Positions 24,095 through 33,570 of a DNA stretch of 64,000 bases are shown one piece after another. Each line of letters starts with the position of its first letter. Within the stretch, counting starts at the first letter, position 1. The DNA is from a bacterium. GTDB lineage: Bacteria > Patescibacteriota > Dojkabacteria > JAKAPS01 > JAJZLI01. Below the pieces are notes generated by a model. The model was not told where the DNA came from. It saw nothing but the letters and a program-made list of their open reading frames with translations, and did no database searches. The translations under genes and the position numbers were made by a program. Location: contig JAKAWT010000001.1 in assembly GCA_021816845.1 (NCBI GenBank), positions 408,209 through 472,208 of the forward strand, written 5' to 3'.

Positions 24095-24126
24095 ATAATT
24101 GAATTTATACTGTTTTTGTGGAATTA

Positions 24127-25389
24127 TTATATACTTTCAGTTAAAGTTGCTAAGAAATCGCTATTATTTTTTGTCTTTTTTAGTCTATCTAATAATAACT
24201 CATAATTTTCTCCATTATTTTTCAATGTGTCTAACATTTTTCTTATTCTCCAAGATTGACTTAAAACTTCTGAGTCTAGTAATTTTTCTTCATGTCTAGT
24301 TCCTGATTTAACTATCTCTATTGCTGGATAAAGTCTTCTATCAGCTAATCTTCTATCTAGATGTAATTCCATATTCCCTGTGCCTTTAAATTCTTCAAAT
24401 ACCAAATCATCCATTCTACTTCCAGTATCAATAAGTGCAGTAGCTATTATGGTGAGGCTGCCAAATTCTTCTAAATTTCTTGCAGAACCAAAGAACCTTT
24501 TGGGAGGATATAATGCTACTGGATCAAACCCACCAGACAAAGTTCTCCCGGATGGGGGTACTATTATGTTATAGGCTCTAGCGAGTCTTGTAAGGCTATC
24601 CATTAATATAACTACATCATTGCCTTCTTCTACTAATCTTTTTGCTCGACCAAGTGCTATTTCTGCAACTTTAATCTGATTTTCTGGTAGATCATCAAAA
24701 TTAGAAGCATATACTTCTCCTTTTGTAGATTTACGTATATCTGTAACTTCTTCAGGTCTCTCTCCTATCAGTAAAATCATCAGATGTATTTCTGGGTGAT
24801 TATGTGTTATACCATCTGCTATATCTTTTAATAATGTTGTCTTACCAGACTTTGGTGGGGATACAATCATACCTCTTTGTCCTTTGCCAATTGGAGATAA
24901 AAGATCTATTACCCTATTAGAAATAGGGAATTGACCTATTTCTAGTTTTATTTGTTCTAATGGAAATATTGGAGTAAGTCTTTCAAATGCTATCCTTTTT
25001 GCTGCATTATCAGGTTCTCTAGAGTTTATTTTATCAATTTTTAATAAACCTAGATACCGTTCATTTTCCTTAGGTAATCTAGCTTTTCCAACAATATAAT
25101 CACCTTGTCTTAAATCAAATTTCTTTATTTGAGAACCAGAGACATAAACATCATTCTCATTTGGTAGCAATGTGTATGATCTAAGTACTCCTCTAACACC
25201 ATCATTTATGATCTCTAATATACCTTCAACACTTATAGCTTCATCTTTATCTACATCTTTTAGTATCTTAAATATAAGATCTCTTTTGTTTAGTTCTTGA
25301 AAATCAGTGAGTTTTTCTTTTTCAGCAATTATACGTAAATCTGCTAAACTTTTTGAATCTAAGTTCTGTAAAGAATACTGTTCTTTCAT
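24127..25389 (-). CDS. rho: Transcription termination factor Rho
   Basis: DVYVS, PIGKGQRG, PPKSGKT, ERPEEVTD, DSLTRLARAYN, EFKGTGNMEL. Confidence 0.97.
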   Translation of the reverse strand: MKEQYSLQNLDSKSLADLRIIAEKEKLTDFQELNKRDLIFKILKDVDKDEAISVEGILEIINDGVRGVLRSYTLLPNENDVYVSGSQIKKFDLRQGDYIVGKARLPKENERYLGLLKIDKINSREPDNAAKRIAFERLTPIFPLEQIKLEIGQFPISNRVIDLLSPIGKGQRGMIVSPPKSGKTTLLKDIADGITHNHPEIHLMILLIGERPEEVTDIRKSTKGEVYASNFDDLPENQIKVAEIALGRAKRLVEEGNDVVILMDSLTRLARAYNIIVPPSGRTLSGGFDPVALYPPKRFFGSARNLEEFGSLTIIATALIDTGSRMDDLVFEEFKGTGNMELHLDRRLADRRLYPAIEIVKSGTRHEEKLLDSEVLSQSWRIRKMLDTLKNNGENYELLLDRLKKTKNNSDFLATLTESI

Positions 25390-25506
25390 ATATTGTAATT
25401 ATAAGAAATAAGAAAATTAGTAAAATGCATGATTAAGAAATTTATTTTAGAGTTTCAAGATAGATGTCAATAGGATAATATAACAAAATAAAAAAAATAG
25501 CAAGGA

Positions 25507-26196
25507 TTATAATCTAGTAATTAACTCTTCTGACTTTATTTTTATGGATGGCCCCATGGTTGGACATATATATATACTTTTAAATATTGTATTCTCTGGT
25601 TTTTGTACAACACTTATTATCGATTTTATCAACAATAAAGTATTTTCTAGAAGTTCTTCTTTTGTATTATTTACATTTCCTATGATAGTGTGTATTACAC
25701 CTGTTTGGTCTGATTTATAATCAAATTTCCCGCCCATATAACTATTTATAGCTTCATCTATATTGTCTGTAATTGTACCTTTTTTTGGATTAGGCATAAG
25801 ATCCTTTGGCCCTAATATTTTTCCTAAAACTGCTATTTTGGACATTACATTAGGTGTAGCTATTATAACATCAAAATCCGACCATCCTTGATTAATCTTA
25901 TCTATATATTCTTCAAGTCCTATGTAATCATATTTTTTTGCAGTTTCAGGTTTTATATCTTTTGAATCTGTTAATAAAAGAACCCTTTTTTTCTCACCAA
26001 CTTTGTTTTTATAGTTCACACTTCCTCTTAATACCTGTTTTGTATTTTTTTGATTTATGTTTAATGCTATGTGTATTTCTACAGATCCTGGAAATTTGGA
26101 TAAAGACAATTTTTTTACTTCTTCAAAAGAATTATTAAAAGATATATTATTATCCATTTTTTCTATAATTTTTTTATATTTCTTACCTCTTTTCAT
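25507..26196 (-). CDS. rplA: 50S ribosomal protein L1
   Basis: FDVIIATP, LGKILGPKDLMPNPKKGT, TMGPS. Confidence 0.95.
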   Translation of the reverse strand: MKRGKKYKKIIEKMDNNISFNNSFEEVKKLSLSKFPGSVEIHIALNINQKNTKQVLRGSVNYKNKVGEKKRVLLLTDSKDIKPETAKKYDYIGLEEYIDKINQGWSDFDVIIATPNVMSKIAVLGKILGPKDLMPNPKKGTITDNIDEAINSYMGGKFDYKSDQTGVIHTIIGNVNNTKEELLENTLLLIKSIISVVQKPENTIFKSIYICPTMGPSIKIKSEELITRL

Positions 26197-26201
26197 AGTT
26201 T

Positions 26202-26630
26202 TTAATTTTCAGATACTTCTACTCCCATATTTCTTGCTGTTCCTATAATAATTTTTTTAGCTGCATCTAAATTATTAGTATTAAGGTCTGGCATTTTAGT
26301 CTTTGCTATATCTTCAATCTGTGATTGCGTTAATTTACCAACCTTTTCTTTTAATGATTGGCTTGATCCTTTTGGTATATTTAATGCCATTTTTATTAAA
26401 ATAGCGGTAGGAGGGGTTTTTATAATAAATGAGAATGATCTGTCTTCAAATACATCTATAACTACTGGAAAAATTAATTCACCTTTATCTTTAGTTTGAT
26501 TATTGAATTGGTTACAAAAATCCATAATATTTATACCATGTTGTCCTAGAGCAGGTCCTATAGGAGGAGCAGGGTTTGCTTGTCCAGCCTTTATTTGTAA
26601 TTTTATTTGTGTAATTAATTTCTTAGCCAT
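26202..26630 (-). CDS. rplK: 50S ribosomal protein L11
   Basis: [24 protein letters not shown]. Confidence 0.97.
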   Translation of the reverse strand: MAKKLITQIKLQIKAGQANPAPPIGPALGQHGINIMDFCNQFNNQTKDKGELIFPVVIDVFEDRSFSFIIKTPPTAILIKMALNIPKGSSQSLKEKVGKLTQSQIEDIAKTKMPDLNTNNLDAAKKIIIGTARNMGVEVSEN

Positions 26631-27199
26631 TATATTAATTTTATTTGCATTAAATCTAATTCTACAGGTGTTTCTCTTCCGAATATTGAAATAAGTATTT
26701 TTACTTTGCTTTTTTCTTCACTTATATCACTTATTTTCCCATTAAAATCTTTAAAAGCACCATCTGTAACTGTTACACTATCTCCAACATTAAATGATGT
26801 TTGTATTGCAGGAGTATCAAGTTCCATGAATTTCAATATTGCATTGACTTCATTATCGTTTAGTGGTGTAGGTGTAGCACTTGTTGGTCCTACAAAACCA
26901 GTAACTCCCTCAGTATCTCTTATTATTGGCCAAGTCTCTCTATTAAGTTCCATTCTAATTAATATATACCCAGGAAGTATTTTCTCTTTTATCTTTCTCT
27001 TTTTGCCATCTGCTATTACAGTTTTATTCTGAGTAGGAATAACTATTTCATCCAAATATCTGTCTACACCTGCTGTTTCTGCTCTTTGCTTGATTAATAT
27101 AGAAATCTTATTTTCATGTCCAGTAAAAACATTGATGGCATACCACTTCATATTTTCAGTGTTTTTTTGTTTATTCTTTTTTATTTTTATCTTATCCAT
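26630..27199 (-). CDS. nusG: Transcription elongation factor NusG
   Basis: [27 protein letters not shown] domain, [10 protein letters not shown]. Confidence 0.97.
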   Translation of the reverse strand: MDKIKIKKNKQKNTENMKWYAINVFTGHENKISILIKQRAETAGVDRYLDEIVIPTQNKTVIADGKKRKIKEKILPGYILIRMELNRETWPIIRDTEGVTGFVGPTSATPTPLNDNEVNAILKFMELDTPAIQTSFNVGDSVTVTDGAFKDFNGKISDISEEKSKVKILISIFGRETPVELDLMQIKLI

Positions 27200-27208
27200 A
27201 ATATGTAT

Positions 27209-27385
27209 TTAGAATATTAAAACCAATAATTTCTGAAACAGTATATCTATACCAAAAAGAAACAAGCTAAGAATTACTGCTATTAATATAACCATCATGG
27301 TTGAATTATATAACTCTTTTCCTGTATACCACCTAGTATTTTTTAGTTCTGTATTTACTCCCTTTAAAAATTTGAATATATTCAT
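27209..27385 (-). CDS. secE: Preprotein translocase subunit SecE (58 aa; not in the ORF track)
   Basis: Hand translation MNIFKFLKGVNTELKNTRWYTGKELYNSTMMVILIAVILSLFLFGIDILFQKLLVLIF, located between tRNA-Trp and nusG. Confidence 0.88.
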   Translation of the reverse strand: MNIFKFLKGVNTELKNTRWYTGKELYNSTMMVILIAVILSLFLFGIDILFQKLLVLIF

Positions 27386-27433
27386 TATTATACCCTAAGG
27401 ATAATATCAAAATTTTATCATATAATCAATCAA

Positions 27434-27504
27434 CAGGTTCAGTGGGGATCGAACCCACATCAATGGTTTTGGAGACCAATATTTTACCATTAAACTATGA
27501 ACCT
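27434..27504 (-). tRNA. tRNA-Trp (CCA)
   Basis: Cloverleaf with CCA anticodon at its canonical position before secE. Confidence 0.93.
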
Positions 27505-27512
27505 CTATAAAT

Positions 27513-27677
27513 TTATTTTACTTCTTTATGTAAAGTATGCTTTTTACAAGTATTACAAAATTTATTTAATTCTAACCTTTCCTTATTATTAGTATAATTC
27601 TTCTTAGAAGTATAGTTTTTATTTTTACATATGGTACATTGTAGAAAAATATACCTTCTGTTATCTTTTTTAGCCAT
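27513..27677 (-). CDS. rpmG: 50S ribosomal protein L33 (54 aa, Zn-ribbon type; not in the ORF track)
   Basis: [27 protein letters not shown]...[20 protein letters not shown]. Confidence 0.93.
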   Translation of the reverse strand: MAKKDNRRYIFLQCTICKNKNYTSKKNYTNNKERLELNKFCNTCKKHTLHKEVK

Positions 27678-27723
27678 ATTATTTTATAAAATATTATTTG
27701 TTTAAATTATGTTGTTATTTCTC

Positions 27724-27795
27724 AGCCTAGAAGCGGACTTGAACCGCTGGTCTTTCCCTTACCATGGGAATGCTCTACCACTGAGCTATCTAGGC
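27724..27795 (-). tRNA. tRNA-Thr (GGT)
   Basis: Cloverleaf with GGT anticodon. Confidence 0.93.
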
Positions 27796-27798
27796 ATA

Positions 27799-27882
27799 TG
27801 CAGAGAGAAGGATTCGAACCTTCGTAGCCGTAACGGCAACTGATTTACAGTCAGCCGCGATTGTCCACTCCGCCATCTCTGC
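27799..27882 (-). tRNA. tRNA-Tyr (GTA)
   Basis: Long variable arm and GTA anticodon. Confidence 0.93.
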
Positions 27883-27893
27883 ATAATGCTATC

Positions 27894-27965
27894 AGCCTTC
27901 TGTCAGGGTCGAACTGACGACCTGCTGTTTACAAAACAGCTGCTCTACCACTGAGCTAAGAAGGC
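27894..27965 (-). tRNA. tRNA-Thr (TGT)
   Basis: Cloverleaf with TGT anticodon. Confidence 0.93.
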
Positions 27966-28004
27966 TTTATATTTGCCATACTAAATATATTTAGTAATGC
28001 TTGC

Positions 28005-28033
28005 ATTCTATATAAAAAGATATTCTTTTTCAA
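28005..28033 (-). promoter_or_regulatory. Promoter of the tRNA-Thr/Tyr/Thr-rpmG cluster
   Basis: TTGAAA-17 nt-TAGAAT on the minus strand. Confidence 0.65.
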
Positions 28034-28037
28034 CCTT

Positions 28038-28172
28038 GACCCATCTAGCTTTAAAACTTGATTTCAAAAAAAACAAGTATTGTAACGCAAGTATAAATCA
28101 TAAGAGTTATACTGATATAGTTATTATTTTATATTATGTTAAATCAGTTTTTACCTTATGCTAGATGGGCTA
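28038..28172 (-). ncRNA. Candidate rod-shaped ncRNA, possibly 6S RNA
   Basis: Closing stem GCCCATCTAGC/GCTAGATGGGT, second stem AAAACT-GATTT/AAATC-AAGTTTT, internal bubble, apical AGTATAA/TTATACT. A TGCTATAAT promoter lies 7 nt upstream. Confidence 0.55.
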
Positions 28173-28202
28173 ATACTTATTATAGCAAATAAACTAGTGG
28201 AT

Positions 28203-28841
28203 TCAAATTATAGTTATTATGAAATTGAAAATATAACTAATTAAAGGTAGTAGTACTATTTGTATTATAGATTCTAAATTCCCATTTATTGGGAATATTG
28301 GTAATATACTGAATATAAGGATAAATATGGCATATTTATCAATTGTATCTACTATATGATAATGATGCTTAAAAATCACTTTAAATATGTGGCTTCCATC
28401 AAGAGGAGGTATAGGAATAAGATTAAATAGCGCTAGTCCTATATTAATTATAGCTGCATCTATAAATACTCCTCCAAGTTTTAAATTGATACTGCTAGAC
28501 AATTGTAATAGTGGTAGTCCTTGTAATATAAGTATAGATATAATAGATAATACTATATTCGAAATAGGTCCGGCAATTGCAATAATAAGATTATCTCTAT
28601 ATGGATTTTTAAGATTATTTAGATTTATAGGTGTAGGATTCCCCCATCCAAATCTAAATTGAGTAAGTATCATTACTAGTAATCCCATTAATGTTATATG
28701 TTTTGTAGGATCTAGCGTTAACCTACCATTATTTTTGGCTGTATCATCACCTAAAAGATGTGCAACATAACCATGAGAAAATTCATGAAATGAAATACTA
28801 AAGATAATTATAATACCTAAAATTATCAAATTTATAATCAT
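28203..28841 (-). CDS. Site-2 protease family (peptidase M50) membrane metalloprotease
   Basis: HEFSH, IAIAGP, FNLIPIPPLDG. Confidence 0.92.
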   Translation of the reverse strand: MIINLIILGIIIIFSISFHEFSHGYVAHLLGDDTAKNNGRLTLDPTKHITLMGLLVMILTQFRFGWGNPTPINLNNLKNPYRDNLIIAIAGPISNIVLSIISILILQGLPLLQLSSSINLKLGGVFIDAAIINIGLALFNLIPIPPLDGSHIFKVIFKHHYHIVDTIDKYAIFILIFSILPIFPINGNLESIIQIVLLPLISYIFNFIITII

Positions 28842-28916
28842 TACGTGATATTTGCATAAAAACTTATTTTATTATATCATACAGGGTGTGTTATTAAATT
28901 AATACCATTTTTAATC

Positions 28917-29138
28917 ATGTCTAGATCTTGTGATTTATGCAACAAAGGAGTTACAGTTATAAATAATATTAGCCACAAACATTCAGGTAAGTGGGCTAAA
29001 AGAGCACCTAAAACAAAAAGGAAGATATTTCCTAATTTAAGAGTTCTTAATATTGATACTGCTGAGAATAATAAGGTTAATATTAAAGTTTGTATGAGGT
29101 GTTATAGAACATTAAACTCTTCATTACAACAAAACTGA
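28917..29138 (+). CDS. rpmB: 50S ribosomal protein L28
   Basis: MSRSCDLCNK...SH...TKRKIFPNL...KVCMRC. Confidence 0.9.
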   Translation: MSRSCDLCNKGVTVINNISHKHSGKWAKRAPKTKRKIFPNLRVLNIDTAENNKVNIKVCMRCYRTLNSSLQQN

Positions 29139-31118
29139 AGGATCTATATCTATACTTAAATCCTTGTTTTGTTTATATCTATTCCTCAAGAAAGTCTTTA
29201 TATTTTTTATATTTTTATTAGCTTTTATTATTATATTTAATCTATATACATAATTAATTTTATATGGAATAGCTTCAATTGGTGGGTATATTTTTATACC
29301 AACCATATTGGTATTACTAATTTCATCATATATTTTTTTTGCTCTTGTGAATACTGTTTTCTCATTTTTACCTTTTACAATAATTTTTATTAAGTTAGAG
29401 AAGGGTGGGTAATTTAACTGTCTTCTTATTGTAATTTCTTCATCAAAGAATTTACTAAAATTATTATTTAGGGCAAACTGTAATATTTTATTTTTAATAT
29501 CCATAGTTTGTATTACTATATCAGCCGAATTATCTTCTCTCCCACCTCTTCCTATTACTTGGATTATTGTCTGGTAAGCTTTTTCAACTGAGCTATAATC
29601 TGGAAATACAAATTCTATATCAGCCAAAATAATACCTATTAAACCAACGTTATAAAAGTCCCATCCTGTAGTAATTAATTGTGTCCCTATAATAATATTG
29701 ATATTTTTATCAGATAATTTATTATAAATCTCTAAGTGTTGATCACTATTACCAGAAGTAGAATCTTTATCTAATATTTCAATATGAAGGTTCTTTTCCT
29801 TAAATAGTTTGTCAATTTCCTCCTTAACAAGTTGAGTACCTATACCATAGAATTTTAATTTTCCCTTTTTACATATATCACATATGGGATTTTCAGTATT
29901 TATATATTTTTTGTAGTCACAGTGGTGACAACTTAAGAATGTTGTATTGCCATTTTGATGTACTGTTAATGGTATATCACACCTAGGACATTTTTCTATA
30001 TGACCACAATTATTACATACATACAGATTGGAGTAACCTCTCCTATTGATATATAATATGATTTTTTTATTATTATTTAGAGTCTTCTCTATACTTTTTT
30101 TAAGTACTCTTGATATTATTATTTTTTTACTATTTATTTTATCCTCATTTAAATCAACAATTTTTGTATGTATATTATTTTTAAATTTATAGTCTGATAT
30201 CTTTTTATCTAATCTAACTATGGTATGACCTTCTTTAAGCATTTTATAATATATATCTATCTTTGGTGTGGCACTACCAAGTAGTAATTTAATCTTCTGT
30301 TCTTTTGCTATAAATCTTGCTAGATTAATAGCATTATATCTTGGATCTTGATCTTGTTTATAACTGTTGTCGTGAAATTCATCAATAATTATTAATCCTA
30401 AATTTTTAAATCTCGAAAATAATGCTGAACGAGCACCTATAATTATTTTTTTTTCTCCAGTTCGAATTAAATTATTTTCAAGTGTCTTGTCCCTTTTTGT
30501 AATTTTGCTATGCATGATTGAAATTATCTCTTTATCAAAAAAAGCTTTTAGTCTTGTATAAAATTGAGATGTAATAGCTATATCAGGTAAAAGTATCAAT
30601 ACTTGATTTCCCTTGTTAATTTGTTCTTCAATTAATTTTATATACACATGTGTTTTACCTGATCCAGTGATACCAAATAATATATATTCATTATCTTGTC
30701 CATTTGATATTTTATTAATAGCATTCATTTGTTCTTTATTGACTGGTAGTTTTTCTTTGGGGATTATCATTTTTTTAATAACAGTATTTTTAGTATTGTT
30801 TTCCTTAGTTTTTATTGTAATAAAAGGAGAAATGGTATTATTGATGGAAGCATTGTAGTAAGTGATAATGTGTTTAATAAGTTTTAATTCTAATAAATTA
30901 AGATCAATATAATGATTTTTTGTATCTTCAATTATATTTTTTATAGTAAAGTTTATATCAATATTTGCATCCTTTACATTATCAACTACTATGCCTGTTG
31001 TCCTTTTTAATCCTAATGGGATTTCGACTACTTTACCAATAGGAATATTTCTCTCAGAAGAGTATATAAGTGGTTTTTCAATCTTTAATTTTGTTTTTGT
31101 AAGTATCTTAATTAACAT
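29124..31118 (-). CDS. priA: Primosomal protein N' (PriA)
   Basis: GITGSGKT, IIIDEFHD, GSATP, NRRGY, four CxxC pairs, QVIGRGGR. Confidence 0.95.
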   Translation of the reverse strand: MLIKILTKTKLKIEKPLIYSSERNIPIGKVVEIPLGLKRTTGIVVDNVKDANIDINFTIKNIIEDTKNHYIDLNLLELKLIKHIITYYNASINNTISPFITIKTKENNTKNTVIKKMIIPKEKLPVNKEQMNAINKISNGQDNEYILFGITGSGKTHVYIKLIEEQINKGNQVLILLPDIAITSQFYTRLKAFFDKEIISIMHSKITKRDKTLENNLIRTGEKKIIIGARSALFSRFKNLGLIIIDEFHDNSYKQDQDPRYNAINLARFIAKEQKIKLLLGSATPKIDIYYKMLKEGHTIVRLDKKISDYKFKNNIHTKIVDLNEDKINSKKIIISRVLKKSIEKTLNNNKKIILYINRRGYSNLYVCNNCGHIEKCPRCDIPLTVHQNGNTTFLSCHHCDYKKYINTENPICDICKKGKLKFYGIGTQLVKEEIDKLFKEKNLHIEILDKDSTSGNSDQHLEIYNKLSDKNINIIIGTQLITTGWDFYNVGLIGIILADIEFVFPDYSSVEKAYQTIIQVIGRGGREDNSADIVIQTMDIKNKILQFALNNNFSKFFDEEITIRRQLNYPPFSNLIKIIVKGKNEKTVFTRAKKIYDEISNTNMVGIKIYPPIEAIPYKINYVYRLNIIIKANKNIKNIKTFLRNRYKQNKDLSIDIDPSVLL

Positions 31119-31184
31119 TTATTTGTTTTAAGCCATTTTTAGTGTTAAAATAAACCATATTTAATTTACAAGATATAGAGGATT

Positions 31185-32243
31185 ATGGCATTTTCTGATC
31201 CATTTTGGAATATGTTTACTTATGATATAGGTATCGATCTTGGTACTGCAAACACACTAGTTTGTGTTAGGAATCAGGGTGTTACAATATCTGAACCATC
31301 AGTTGTAGCTTTCAATTCAAAAACTAAAACAGTGCTAGCGGTAGGATCTGAAGCTCAAAAAATGTTGGGTAGAACACCTGCATCTATTGTAGCTATAAGA
31401 CCTTTGAAGGATGGGGTGATATCAGATTTTGATGCCACCAGAGAGATGATAAAATATTTTATAGAGAAAGTTCATAAAGATTCTCCTAAATTTTTTAAGA
31501 TACCTAGGCCAAGGGTTGTTATAGGTATACCTTCAGCTATAACTGAAGTAGAAAAAAAGGCTGTTATTGATGCTGCTATATCTGCTGGAGCTAGGAAGGT
31601 ATATTTAATAGAAGAGCCCATGGCAGCTGCAGTTGGTATAAATGTTCCTGTAACAGAACCATTGGGATCATTAATTGTAGATATAGGGGGAGGTACTTCA
31701 GATATTGCTGTAATATCATTGGGAGGTATAGTTGTTGATAAATCAATTAGGGTGGCGGGAGATGAGATGACAGTAGATATAGTTAATTATATTAGATCAA
31801 AGTACAACTTATTAATAGGAGAGAGGACAGCTGAAGAAATTAAAATAAAGTTGGGTAATGCTTATCCCAGGAAGGATAATAAAAGTATGGAGATAAAGGG
31901 TCGAGATATATTGTTAGGTCTCCCTAAAGTTATAAAAATATCTGAAGTTGAAATAAGGGAAGCAATGTCTAATTCGCTTAATATTATTATTGAAGCTATT
32001 TCTGAAGCTTTAGAGGAGACACCTCCTGAACTTATTTCAGATATTACAAATAATGGGATATATCTTACTGGAGGAGGTGCCCAGATTTCTGGAATTAATA
32101 AATTATTTCTAGAAAAGTTAAAAATACCAATAATGATAGCTGATGATCCTTTATCTAGTGTAGTATTAGGAGCTTCAAAAATTTTAGAAGACTTAAGTCT
32201 TCTTGAGAATATCTCTTATTCAGATTCTGAAGAATTCTTATAA
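31185..32243 (+). CDS. mreB: Rod shape-determining protein MreB
   Basis: DLGTAN, EPSVVA, IEEPMAAA, DIGGGT, N-terminal amphipathic helix. Heads the mreBCD cluster. Confidence 0.96.
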   Translation: MAFSDPFWNMFTYDIGIDLGTANTLVCVRNQGVTISEPSVVAFNSKTKTVLAVGSEAQKMLGRTPASIVAIRPLKDGVISDFDATREMIKYFIEKVHKDSPKFFKIPRPRVVIGIPSAITEVEKKAVIDAAISAGARKVYLIEEPMAAAVGINVPVTEPLGSLIVDIGGGTSDIAVISLGGIVVDKSIRVAGDEMTVDIVNYIRSKYNLLIGERTAEEIKIKLGNAYPRKDNKSMEIKGRDILLGLPKVIKISEVEIREAMSNSLNIIIEAISEALEETPPELISDITNNGIYLTGGGAQISGINKLFLEKLKIPIMIADDPLSSVVLGASKILEDLSLLENISYSDSEEFL

Positions 32244-32252
32244 ATCTAAATT

Positions 32253-33062
32253 ATGGTTAGTTTTAAAAAAAGTACAAAAACGTCCAACATATTAAAAAAA
32301 ATATCTATACTTTTTGCAATAGCAATAGTTCTTATTATAATAAGTATCAAAGTTCCAGCACTTTCTAATCTTACAAGTGGGATATTTATACCTATTAAAT
32401 CGGATATATTTTCTTTTTCATCCAATATTGGAGGGTTTTTCTATAATATAAATAACATAAATAATATTGAATATAGTAATACTATTTTAGAGAGGAAAAT
32501 ATATAATTATAAATCTGAATTAGCTAATCTAAATATTTATAAATCTGAGAATAAGATTTTAAAGGATCAATTAAATAAAAAATATTTTAATACAAATTAT
32601 AGATATACATTATCGAGGATACTTTATTATGGACCTATAAATACATTAGGTTATATATATGTTGGGAGTGGAAGTAATCAAGGTGTGAAAGTAGGTGATG
32701 CTGTTGTATATAAAAATTTTCTTCTGGGTAAAGTAATCTATACATATAGTAACTATTCTAAGGTTATTTTGATATCAAATGTAAATTTATCTATTCCTGT
32801 AATTGTAAATAAAGTTAATGCTATCCTAACGGGAAGCCTATCTAGCTCTTTGATTCTTCAAGATGTAACACAGCTTGATAATGTTAAAATTGGAGATAGT
32901 GTTGTAACTTCTGGAATAGATGGAACTTTCCCTCAGAATCTAATAACTGGGTATGTCAGTTATGTTTCAAACAATAAAAGTAGTACATTTAAGGCTATAA
33001 GTGTTGATAATGCAATAAATATTTATGATCTCCAGTATGTCTTTATAATGGACAATCAGTAA
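32253..33062 (+). CDS. mreC: Rod shape-determining protein MreC
   Basis: TM, coiled coil (ENKILKDQL), GSNQGVKVGDAV, VTSGIDGTFP. Confidence 0.92.
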   Translation: MVSFKKSTKTSNILKKISILFAIAIVLIIISIKVPALSNLTSGIFIPIKSDIFSFSSNIGGFFYNINNINNIEYSNTILERKIYNYKSELANLNIYKSENKILKDQLNKKYFNTNYRYTLSRILYYGPINTLGYIYVGSGSNQGVKVGDAVVYKNFLLGKVIYTYSNYSKVILISNVNLSIPVIVNKVNAILTGSLSSSLILQDVTQLDNVKIGDSVVTSGIDGTFPQNLITGYVSYVSNNKSSTFKAISVDNAINIYDLQYVFIMDNQ

Positions 33063-33063
33063 C

Positions 33064-33564
33064 ATGAAAAAAGGTGTTTATATATTTACTATAATAATAT
33101 TAATGTTTTTTATCATAGGATTAAATCAAATGATAATATACCCATTTTTATTTTTTGATATAATATATATATATACAATATTATACTTTATTCTATATCA
33201 AAAAGATCAAAATTTTATTATATATTTTCTTTTTTTTGTTGGAATAGTTACAGATATAGTTTTTATTAATCCTTTGGGTATTACTTCAATTTTATTACTT
33301 TTACCAATACTTATATTGGAATTGAATAAATTGTTTAAAAAAGATACCAATTTGAGCTTTATTTCTATTTTAATTATATCTTTTATATATAATATTTTTC
33401 TGTGGGTATATTTATATGGTATTATAATACTTAGAAATAATACTAAATATATTGTTTTGTTTTTGATTTCTGTTATTATTTCAAGCGTATTAGATTCTTT
33501 GTTTATATTCCTTTATAAATTATATTATAACAACAATAATGGCTTGAAAATTAATATTAATTAG
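33064..33564 (+). CDS. mreD: MreD-like membrane protein
   Basis: About 5 TM helices, GIVTD...PLG, position between mreC and mrdA. Confidence 0.7.
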   Translation: MKKGVYIFTIIILMFFIIGLNQMIIYPFLFFDIIYIYTILYFILYQKDQNFIIYFLFFVGIVTDIVFINPLGITSILLLLPILILELNKLFKKDTNLSFISILIISFIYNIFLWVYLYGIIILRNNTKYIVLFLISVIISSVLDSLFIFLYKLYYNNNNGLKININ

Positions 33565-33570
33565 TAAATT

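Noticed and set aside
28117..28144. dif-like sequence ATAGTTATTAT-TTTATA-TTATGTTAAAT (perfect XerD arm)
   Set aside because: The XerC arm does not fit, the match is almost all A/T, it lies inside the paired ncRNA candidate, and gene orientation and codon bias show no evident replichore switch here. A whole-genome GC-skew plot would settle it.
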